Positions 1 to 6,797 of a DNA stretch of 39,196 nucleotides are shown piece after piece. This DNA comes from an uncultured Opitutia bacterium (GTDB lineage Bacteria; Verrucomicrobiota; Verrucomicrobiia; Opitutales; UBA953), in the NCBI GenBank assembly GCA_937874455.1, contig CALNBE010000236.1:1-39196 (forward strand). The letters run 5' to 3'. Numbering within the stretch: position 1 is the first letter of the stretch; every line of letters begins with the position of its first letter. The position numbers were made by a program, and so were the translations under genes. The notes beneath the pieces are model-generated. The model had not been told where the DNA came from. It saw nothing but the letters and a program-made list of their open reading frames with translations, and did not search any database.

Positions 1-1047
1 GGCCGCGGTGGTGGTGGTGGCGATGCTGTTTGCTGCCGCTCCGCGGAACCGGCCCTGCACTTCGACGGTGGCGTCGGCGGTCAGGTTCACGAGACCGACC
101 AGCGGGTGTTTGGCGCAGTTGTGCTTGACCCCGTAATTCGAGGCGGTGCCGAGGATGGCGTCCCGGAAGTTCTGGGCCATGTTGGCCGGGGTGGCGTCGA
201 TCAGGATTCCGTTGACCGTCGAGCCGAGGACGGTCTTCAGGGTGTAGACCACGGCTCCCACGGTGATGGTGTCGCCGTCGGTCGGGTCGGTGGCTCCAAA
301 GGTCAGGGTGCCGGTGGCAAAGGCGCCGTTCGTGTTGGAAACGCTGTTGTCGCTCGGGGCTCCGACCTTGCCCATGAATCCGATTTCCCCGGTGATCAGC
401 GCCTTGCTGGCCACGGCCAGATTGAAGGTGTTCACCGACATGCCGGTGTAGGCCTGATACTGGTCGATGCCCTGCGGGGTCAGGATCCGGCGCTCCATGG
501 TGAAGTGCTTCTTCACGACGCCGTTGCGGGCGGTCTTCCCGGTCAGGGTGATGGACACCGTGGTCTCGGCCGACGCGATGCTTCCGGCGGCGAGGTAGAG
601 GGTGTTGTTGTCGACGCTCTTCGCCATCACCTTCTTCAGGCCATTGTTGAAGGGGTTGGCGAACCCGGCGACCTTGACGAAGCCTCCGACCGGCACGGCG
701 GCGTATCCTCCGCCTGTGGTGACCAAAGTCTGGGCGGTGAGGGAACTGGTGCTGGAAGCCGTCACGTTGATCACGGTCCAAGCCTCCTGGCCCAGGGCGG
801 CCAGCAGGAAGTCCTGGTATTCGGCCTGGCTGAACTCAATCTGCAGGGCGCCTCCGGCCATGGCGCCGACGAGGACAAGGTCGGATCGCTGGCGGTCGGA
901 GCGGATCTCGTTGGAAACAACGGTTTCCTTGGTATGCGCCAGGGTCTCCCCGGTCATGCGCAGAAGGCGGAGAGTGGCCGGGGAAGGGGTCACTCCATAG
1001 GTGTCCTCTTCGATGTAGGACACGTCGGAATAATTGGCGTCGGACAT
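1..1047 (-). CDS. tail tube-like major structural protein (3' end outside window)
   Basis: My own translation starts at ATG 1047 (MSDANYSDVSYIEEDTYGVTPSP...). The frame stays open to nt 1, so the ORF track omits it for lack of a stop. It follows the tail-terminator-like gene in canonical head-to-tail order. Its C-terminal ~95 aa (DGDTITVG...) resemble a module in 3402..4415. Confidence 0.6.
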   Translation of the reverse strand, partial: MSDANYSDVSYIEEDTYGVTPSPATLRLLRMTGETLAHTKETVVSNEIRSDRQRSDLVLVGAMAGGALQIEFSQAEYQDFLLAALGQEAWTVINVTASSTSSLTAQTLVTTGGGYAAVPVGGFVKVAGFANPFNNGLKKVMAKSVDNNTLYLAAGSIASAETTVSITLTGKTARNGVVKKHFTMERRILTPQGIDQYQAYTGMSVNTFNLAVASKALITGEIGFMGKVGAPSDNSVSNTNGAFATGTLTFGATDPTDGDTITVGAVVYTLKTVLGSTVNGILIDATPANMAQNFRDAILGTASNYGVKHNCAKHPLVGLVNLTADATVEVQGRFRGAAANSIATTTTAA

Positions 1048-1053
1048 GGTGGG

Positions 1054-1455
1054 TCAAGAGTAGGTGTCGCGGGTAAAATTGCACGCGACATTTTTTTGGA
1101 CGAAGCCCTCGGCCTCCCCGGCATTGATGATCCCGGTGGTGTCGAAGGTCACGATGGTGTTCCCCCGGCGCAGCTGCCGGCGGTCGATCCGGGCGAGGTT
1201 GTCGGCGGCGTTCATTGCTGCCTTGGTTCCCTGCTCCTTCGGAATGAAGACCTGGAGGTAAAGCACGCCGGTTCCGCGGGTGTGGCCCGGACCGATGATG
1301 GCCGGCTCGGTGGTGCCCTGAAGAATGCTCCACCGGCCCCATGGGCCTTCCTTCCGGGCGACGGTTTTGCCTCCCTCCCATTCGATGGGGAATCCGAAGC
1401 TGGGGAGCGTGCCGAGGTGCTCGGCGATCATCTGGCGGGTGGTTTCAAAGCTCAT
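1054..1455 (-). CDS. tail terminator / tail completion-like protein (DUF4128-like)
   Basis: 133-aa track ORF with ATG at 1455. Its size and its position between the gp10-like gene and the tube-like gene fit a terminator. The pattern YLQVFIPKEQGT..AADNLA is recalled from gpU-like terminators. Confidence 0.55.
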   Translation of the reverse strand: MSFETTRQMIAEHLGTLPSFGFPIEWEGGKTVARKEGPWGRWSILQGTTEPAIIGPGHTRGTGVLYLQVFIPKEQGTKAAMNAADNLARIDRRQLRRGNTIVTFDTTGIINAGEAEGFVQKNVACNFTRDTYS

Positions 1456-1835
1456 GTCGAGGCTCCAAAGATTTGTTCCAGTTCAGCGTCAATCTCGGCC
1501 ATGGACAACCGGACCATTCCGGCCGGCGCCTGCTTCGACCAGCCGTGTTCAAGCCGCTCGATGTAGGGCAGGTTGTTGACGAGGTAGATCTTCTCTTTCC
1601 CGGTGATTTGCGCGATGGCTGGCGGGACGAGGACCGGCTGGCCGAAGTCGTCGATATCCAACCTGTCACTGGGGTTGTTGATGGTCAGGTCCCAGTTGGC
1701 CCGGGCGCGCCCGGTGTCGACCGGGGTTCGTTCCACCACTCTCCGGAAGAGGTCCGCGGCAATGCGGCGCATGAAGGTCTTCTGGCGGCTCCGCCATTGC
1801 TTCTCGAAGTCGGCGGCTGGTTTCCAGTCGATCAT
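1452..1835 (-). CDS. HK97 gp10-like neck/tail attachment protein
   Basis: Internal ATG (MIDWKPAADFEKQW...) of track ORF 1452..2387 forms an ATGA overlap with the upstream stop. The ERTPVDTGRARANW motif is typical of the gp10 family. The N-terminal extension of the track ORF is Pro/Arg-rich noise. Confidence 0.6.
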   Translation of the reverse strand: MIDWKPAADFEKQWRSRQKTFMRRIAADLFRRVVERTPVDTGRARANWDLTINNPSDRLDIDDFGQPVLVPPAIAQITGKEKIYLVNNLPYIERLEHGWSKQAPAGMVRLSMAEIDAELEQIFGAST

Positions 1836-2233
1836 TGGCGGAGGCGGAGGATGTGGATGGCCTGCCCCGGGGGCGAGTCGGCTTCCATCACCTTCCACAC
1901 TACGCTTCCTTCCACAAGCTCCGCTTTCGGGCTGATCACGATGTTGGCCGGCAGGTCCTTGGCCCGGAGCAGGGCCATCTTGCTCAGGCGGGGGATGGTG
2001 GCGTCCATGGAGCCGGTTTCCAGCCGGGCCGTCTTCTGGGTGTAGAGCAGGGCGCGCAGGTTGCCTCCCCCGGCCTGCGTGCTGACCTCGGTGGCCCAGG
2101 TGATGACCTCTGCCTCGGTGGTGGGATTGTGGCTGGTGGTGGGCCCGTCCCGGAACGTCACGGGGCTGAGGACGCTGGCGGCCTTCAGCCAGGCCACGTC
2201 CACACCGTTTCTGGCGATGGCAGGGATATCCAT
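1832..2233 (-). CDS. head-closure / head-tail joining protein (by position)
   Basis: 133-aa track ORF, translationally coupled on both sides, lying between the adaptor-like and gp10-like genes. Confidence 0.45.
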   Translation of the reverse strand: MDIPAIARNGVDVAWLKAASVLSPVTFRDGPTTSHNPTTEAEVITWATEVSTQAGGGNLRALLYTQKTARLETGSMDATIPRLSKMALLRAKDLPANIVISPKAELVEGSVVWKVMEADSPPGQAIHILRLRQ

Positions 2234-2772
2234 TATCGGCGGACGATTGGGACCATGCCTCCGGTTCCTGCCCGGGTGCCGTAGCCGCGGAGCAGCTGGG
2301 CCACGTAGGGCGGGACCATGTTGTCGGCGGTGATCGGGGTGGCTGTGGGGTCGGATCCGAATTTGAGCTCAAGGGCTCCGGATCCAAGGCTGATCTCTTC
2401 CAGCGCCTGGCTCCCGCTGGACGTGTCGCTCAGCCGGTTCCTGTCGAGCAGGGCGATGGCCATTTCCATGGTCGCCGAGAGCAGGGCGACGGGCAGCTGG
2501 TTCCGGCCAATGGTGACCCCGTCCACCCGGACTCCGGACCGGGGCCAGGCCAGCGGTTGGCCGGTCACGGTCCGGTTGCCCCGGAAGGCGTAGAGGGCGT
2601 CGAGGGTGCGGCTGGCGCTGATCACGGCTGCCTCTCTCCGCCCCGTGCTGGCGTCGTTCCAGGCTGCGGTGTAGAGGCTGCCGGCAACGTAGGCCGCGGC
2701 GAAGGTTCCCGCCGGGTCAACGTAGGTATTGGCCGCGGGATTGGTTCCGGTTCCGTCCTCGACAACGATCAT
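2233..2772 (-). CDS. head-tail adaptor/connector protein
   Basis: 179-aa track ORF. The pattern NTYVD...AAW..AS...REAAVISASRTLD...G...TGQPLAWPR resembles gp6/DnaT_2-like adaptors. Position is downstream of the capsid genes. Confidence 0.55.
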   Translation of the reverse strand: MIVVEDGTGTNPAANTYVDPAGTFAAAYVAGSLYTAAWNDASTGRREAAVISASRTLDALYAFRGNRTVTGQPLAWPRSGVRVDGVTIGRNQLPVALLSATMEMAIALLDRNRLSDTSSGSQALEEISLGSGALELKFGSDPTATPITADNMVPPYVAQLLRGYGTRAGTGGMVPIVRR

Positions 2773-2778
2773 GGCTGG

Positions 2779-3309
2779 TTACGGGTTGGCGGCTTTGAGC
2801 TCGGCGAGCTTGTTCCGCATTTTGGGCAGGCGGGTCTGGTGGGGTTCGTCCTTCATCGCGATCTCCCGCAGCGCGGCCCGCCATTCCGGATTCGTCTGCT
2901 CGTTGATCAGGGCCAGCATGCCCGGGGTGGCTCCGGGCGTGTCCTGTTCGGTGTGGTCCACCAGGCCGGCGGGGGCAGGCGGGGTGCCGGTGGCTCCGGC
3001 CGGCTGGGGCGATTGAGCGGTGTCTTCTGTCGCTTTTGCGGCGGCGGCAGCGGAGAAATCGGCAGCGGCGCCAATTGGCGCCGGAGGCAGCGGGTTGGCT
3101 GCGACGTTGACGATTTTGAGGTCGCGGCCGCTTGCTTCTTTGATTGCGGCCACGATCCGGGAGACGGCGTCGGCGAGCTCAGCCCTCACAATCTGCTGAA
3201 TGTCGGCGCGCTGCGCGGGGCTGAAGGCGGCGCCAGTCAGCGGGCGGCGGGGGCGGTCCTGGAAGGGCCGGGATCCCCCGGGGAGGTCGTTTGGTGTGTT
3301 GATTGCCAT
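2779..3309 (-). CDS. hypothetical virion-module protein (Ala/Pro-rich)
   Basis: 176-aa track ORF with ATG at 3309 and a terminator upstream. It contains palindrome copy 1 in frame (PAPIGAA). Confidence 0.5.
   Translation of the reverse strand: MAINTPNDLPGGSRPFQDRPRRPLTGAAFSPAQRADIQQIVRAELADAVSRIVAAIKEASGRDLKIVNVAANPLPPAPIGAAADFSAAAAAKATEDTAQSPQPAGATGTPPAPAGLVDHTEQDTPGATPGMLALINEQTNPEWRAALREIAMKDEPHQTRLPKMRNKLAELKAANP
3067..3082. repeat. 16-bp perfect palindrome GGCGCCAATTGGCGCC, copy 1 (inside CDS 2779..3309)
   Basis: Read directly from the sequence: gcGGCGCCAATTGGCGCCgg. Confidence 0.9.
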
Positions 3310-3345
3310 GGCGTGTCACTGGTGGACGGAATCGGCGGGGCTGGC

Positions 3346-3381
3346 AAAGGAAAAAGGGCGGGAAGGTTTCCCCTCCCGCCC
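3346..3381 (-). terminator. rho-independent terminator after 3402..4415
   Basis: Minus strand: GGGCGGGAGGG-GAAA-CCTTCCCGCCC followed by TTTTTCCTTT. Confidence 0.65.
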
Positions 3382-3401
3382 CGCCATGAGCAACCTGGCC
3401 C

Positions 3402-4415
3402 TTACCGGCCGGCGGTCACAATGATGAGGTCCCCGGCGGCCCAGTCCGAGGTTCCTGCGTTGTCCACACTCACCGTGTTTCCACTGATGGCGGGAACGCC
3501 GTCCCATGCCTTGTGCGCTCCGGTGCTGCTCTTAAGCACGACCGAGGCATAGGTGGGGTTGAAGTTGAACGGGAAGCGCATCACCCCCAGGGCGACCTCG
3601 GTCGCGAGAGCGGCGCGCTGGACGATCTTGGTGATCGGGAAGTCGTTGCCCTGGGCGGTGCCCCCGAAGGAGGCCGCGGCGGCGAAGACGTTGTTGCTCC
3701 CCGCCATGGTGGTGGTGGTCGCGAGGCTCTTCCCGTTGGCGTCGGTGCCTTGAAGGATGATCTCGTTGGTTCCTCCGGAAGTGGCTTTGAATCCGGCGGC
3801 GTTCGCATTGATCGCGAGGATGATGGCGGCCTTGGCTTCCGCTGCGGTGGGGTCCACTCCGTTGGCCAGGGTGGTGGCTGCGCCGGCCCAGCTGAACTGT
3901 GCGGCGCTCTCGGCCAGGGTGATGGCGTTCCCGTTGGTCCCCTTCGCCCGGGCCGTGATGACCACGGCGTTCGTGCTCGATGCGGCCGCGGTGACGTTCG
4001 GGTGGGCGACGCTGGCGGAGGTGTAGACGGTCCCGGCTCCGGCTCCGCCGTTGATGAGGGCGACGTAGTTATTCCGCGTCGCGGTCAGGTCGGCCCCGAG
4101 CAGGAACTCATTGGCGGCGCCAGTCAGGGTGGCCCGGCAGGTGGCGGCGACCCCGCCGACGGTGATGGTGTCCCCGTCGGTCAGGTTGGCGGCAAAGGTG
4201 CCGGTGATGTTGGCGGCGACTGCGGTCGGTGCGGCGCTCAGGTCGATGGGGATCCGGCCAGCCGTCACGGCCTTCCCGGTGTAGAACTCAAAGACCTTCG
4301 TCCCGAGGGTGATGGTCTCCGTGTCCTTCACCGCGCTGGCGATGCGGAGGATGTTCATGCTCGGAAGCGCGGCGGCGATCACGAGCCGGTCGAGTGCGGA
4401 AAGTTGGCGTTTCAT
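3402..4415 (-). CDS. repeat-containing virion protein, candidate capsid decoration protein
   Basis: 337-aa track ORF directly after the capsid gene, bracketed by two terminator hairpins. It carries three internal units of the type xTITLG/DGDTITVGG/GNAITLAE. It is Ala/Thr/Gly-rich and beta-strand-like. Confidence 0.5.
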   Translation of the reverse strand: MKRQLSALDRLVIAAALPSMNILRIASAVKDTETITLGTKVFEFYTGKAVTAGRIPIDLSAAPTAVAANITGTFAANLTDGDTITVGGVAATCRATLTGAANEFLLGADLTATRNNYVALINGGAGAGTVYTSASVAHPNVTAAASSTNAVVITARAKGTNGNAITLAESAAQFSWAGAATTLANGVDPTAAEAKAAIILAINANAAGFKATSGGTNEIILQGTDANGKSLATTTTMAGSNNVFAAAASFGGTAQGNDFPITKIVQRAALATEVALGVMRFPFNFNPTYASVVLKSSTGAHKAWDGVPAISGNTVSVDNAGTSDWAAGDLIIVTAGR

Positions 4416-4430
4416 GGTGGTGTCGGGTGG

Positions 4431-4465
4431 GAAGAAAGAAGGGGCAGGGCTCTGGTCCCTGCCCC
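4431..4465 (-). terminator. rho-independent terminator after the major capsid gene
   Basis: Minus strand: GGGGCAGGG-ACCAGAG-CCCTGCCCC followed by TTCTTTCTTC, 20 nt after the capsid stop. Confidence 0.65.
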
Positions 4466-4484
4466 TTCCAAATGGTGGAAACGC

Positions 4485-5489
4485 TTAGGCGTTGTAGTGC
4501 TCGACCGCGACCATGCGGACGTTCTTCTGCTCGTAGACGCGTTCCCAGTTGGTTCCGGTCGCGAGCTCGTCGTTGCTCGGGGTTTCGAGTGCCATGCTCC
4601 CCTGGGTGAACTTCACGCCGCGGGGGTGAAGGATGAAGTCCCGGCGGTTATACATTTCCGAGACCCCGGTGTTGGCGTTGCGGGCAAGCTCCTGATACCA
4701 GTCGCCGATCCCGCCGTCCACCGGCTTCGGGTTGGTGTTCTCGCCGTGGGCGATGGCACCGGGGCCAAAGAGGTAGGTGGTGTAGGCGGTGCGGCCATCC
4801 ACGCTCCGGGTGGGCATGGTGTCGTCCACGATCATGGCGTGGCCCTGGAAGGACTTCAGAGGCCGGCCCTGGGAGTCGGGAACGTAGTCGATCATGTCGA
4901 GCTTCCGCAGGGCGCGCTCGGTGGCGGAGTGCATGGCCACGCCGGTCAGCTTGCCAGCAGCATCGCCCAGCAGGCCGGTGACGTCCACGAAGGTCATACC
5001 GTTGAGGGTGGTGCTGTCGTTGGCCACGCCGCCGCTCGCGAGGGCGCTCACGGCGCTGGACATGGAGGCCGCGGCGAACACGCCTTTCAGCATGGCCAGA
5101 ACGGTAACCTGGAAGCGGCGCACCCAGTAGGCGGCCACGAGGTCACCGATGGCTTTCATCGGGTCGGAGCCGGCGAGGATCCCGGCAATGTCTTCCGCGC
5201 CCCAGGCTTTCTTGCGGAGCAGGCGCTGTGCCTGGTCCTTACCAGTGGTGATCTTGCCAACGCTGGTGGTCTGGTTGGTAGTGACGATTTCGTCGTCGCC
5301 GGTCAGGTCCTTCCAGAAGGGCATCTGGATCAGTTCCCCGCCCTGGCGGACGAGTGCGTCGAATTCATCGGTCCGGACGATGATCCCGGAACGGACGAGT
5401 TCGGAGAGTTCCGCGGTGCGCTCGATCACGTAGTCGCGGAATACTTCGGGGACGATGACGTCCGCGAGGCGGGTTGGCAGGTTGGCCAT
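4485..5489 (-). CDS. major capsid protein (HK97-fold type)
   Basis: 334-aa track ORF. The N-terminus MANLPTRLADVIVPEVFRDYVIERTAELSELVRSG and overall pattern are recalled from phage major capsid families. It lies after the scaffold gene and is followed by a strong terminator. Confidence 0.8.
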   Translation of the reverse strand: MANLPTRLADVIVPEVFRDYVIERTAELSELVRSGIIVRTDEFDALVRQGGELIQMPFWKDLTGDDEIVTTNQTTSVGKITTGKDQAQRLLRKKAWGAEDIAGILAGSDPMKAIGDLVAAYWVRRFQVTVLAMLKGVFAAASMSSAVSALASGGVANDSTTLNGMTFVDVTGLLGDAAGKLTGVAMHSATERALRKLDMIDYVPDSQGRPLKSFQGHAMIVDDTMPTRSVDGRTAYTTYLFGPGAIAHGENTNPKPVDGGIGDWYQELARNANTGVSEMYNRRDFILHPRGVKFTQGSMALETPSNDELATGTNWERVYEQKNVRMVAVEHYNA

Positions 5490-5598
5490 GGGTAGTGGTT
5501 TGGGAGTGTGGGTAAAGCTCCCGCCTGTTCGGGAGCGCGTTTTGGCTCAGGAACAGACCACCGGTCCGATGTGCCTTCCCGGACCCCGGGTTGGCTCA

Positions 5599-5614
5599 TG
5601 CTGCGAAAGTGCCA
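5599..5614 (-). promoter_or_regulatory. candidate promoter box TGGCACTTTCGCAGCA upstream of the capsid gene (-24/-12-like spacing)
   Basis: The coding strand reads GTGGCAC-N6-CAGCA, the same frame as GTGGCAT-N6-CAGCA in cassettes E1 and E3 (GG-N10-GC). It lies just downstream of a terminator and about 110 nt upstream of the capsid ATG. Confidence 0.35.
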
Positions 5615-5632
5615 CGCCTTCCGTTCTGCACA

Positions 5633-5675
5633 AGGAAAAAATGAACCCCGCCAGGCTGGTAAGTTCCTGGCGGGG
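5633..5675 (-). terminator. rho-independent terminator between the scaffold and capsid genes
   Basis: Minus strand: CCCCGCCAGG-(10-nt loop)-CCTGGCGGGG followed by TTCATTTTTTCC. Confidence 0.65.
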
Positions 5676-5768
5676 TAGGGGTTGCTCTTGGCTGGCCCTT
5701 GGTGAGGCTGGTTCAAGTATGGACTTTTTTTATTTTAAATCCAGTCCTTTCCTGACTTATTTTCTGGC

Positions 5769-5784
5769 GGCGCCAATTGGCGCC
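5769..5784. repeat. palindrome copy 2 (scaffold-capsid intergenic region)
   Basis: Read directly from the sequence, 28 nt downstream of the scaffold stop. Confidence 0.9.
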
Positions 5785-5811
5785 GGATCTTTCCGTCGGG
5801 GAAAACCAGCC

Positions 5812-6624
5812 TCAAACGCCCTCGGTCCGGATTCCTGGTGTGCCGGCCGCGGCGGCGGCGGCGGCCTTCAGGGCACTGGCCTGGGCGGGGTTTTCGCGAA
5901 TCATCCTGGCCTGCTCGGTCAGGTTGAAATGCGGGGTGTTCTTGATGAACGGGTTCTGCGTCGGGCCTCCGCCCGCGCCTGCGCCCTGGCTCTGGGATCC
6001 GCTGCCCTGGCTCGGGTTGAAGAGGTGGGCGTAGGCTTTGTCCTTGGCCACGTCGGCGACCCAGTCGTCGATGCCCAGCGGCGCGCCAGCGGCGTTGTAT
6101 CGCTTCTCGGTGCCATTCATGGCCACCACGTTTCCGTTCTCATCGAGGCTGAACACGCCTTGGCCGCGGCGGACGAAGTCCTCGACGGCCTCGGGCCGGA
6201 GGCCGGCCTTGGTTCCTGCGGTGGTCAGGGCTCCGTCGATCTTGAGCTTGCCGATCTCGCTGGTGCGCTCGGTCAGCTTCTTGGTGGCCTCGGCCAGCTT
6301 GGCCTCGTATTCTGTCTTCATGGTGCCGACCCGCTTCTCGACGGCGGCGTCCAGGCCTTCAGTGGTGATGAGCTTCTTCTCGTCGAGGAGCTCGGCCCGG
6401 GTCTTCAGGGTCTTGTATTGATCCGGATCGACGTCCTTGAATTTTTCCACCAGGGCGTCCCGCTCCTTGAGCAGGGCGATATTGTTGTTCCGGAATTCCT
6501 CGAACTTGGCTTCAGGAACGGCTCCGTCCACCTGTAGCACCCACTTGGTGCCGGAGAGGGTGAAAAGGCTTTTGAACTCGGCGGGGATGTCTTCCTCTTT
6601 GTCGTAGATGAATTTTAGCTTCAT
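5812..6624 (-). CDS. capsid scaffolding protein
   Basis: 270-aa track ORF, charged and coiled-coil-like with a Gly/Ser/Ala-rich C-terminus, immediately upstream of the capsid gene. Confidence 0.6.
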   Translation of the reverse strand: MKLKFIYDKEEDIPAEFKSLFTLSGTKWVLQVDGAVPEAKFEEFRNNNIALLKERDALVEKFKDVDPDQYKTLKTRAELLDEKKLITTEGLDAAVEKRVGTMKTEYEAKLAEATKKLTERTSEIGKLKIDGALTTAGTKAGLRPEAVEDFVRRGQGVFSLDENGNVVAMNGTEKRYNAAGAPLGIDDWVADVAKDKAYAHLFNPSQGSGSQSQGAGAGGGPTQNPFIKNTPHFNLTEQARMIRENPAQASALKAAAAAAAGTPGIRTEGV

Positions 6625-6688
6625 GGCGCCCCGATTCTTGCCGCTCCCGGCTCCGGCGTCAAATGCGAGGAATCATCAAGGTTGATCC

Positions 6689-6705
6689 GTCAAGGAATCC
6701 TTGAC
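6689..6705. repeat. 17-bp palindrome GTCAAGGA-A-TCCTTGAC in the methyltransferase-scaffold intergenic region
   Basis: Read directly from the sequence. It is flanked by TCAAGG and TTGATCC/TTGGATCG repeats. Confidence 0.5.
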
Positions 6706-6797
6706 AGTTGGATCGTCTATGCGGTTTCCTCCCATGGCCCGAACGGCCTTCATGAAGGCCATGGCGCATCCCGGTGGACCTCCGTTGTGGGAAAACC

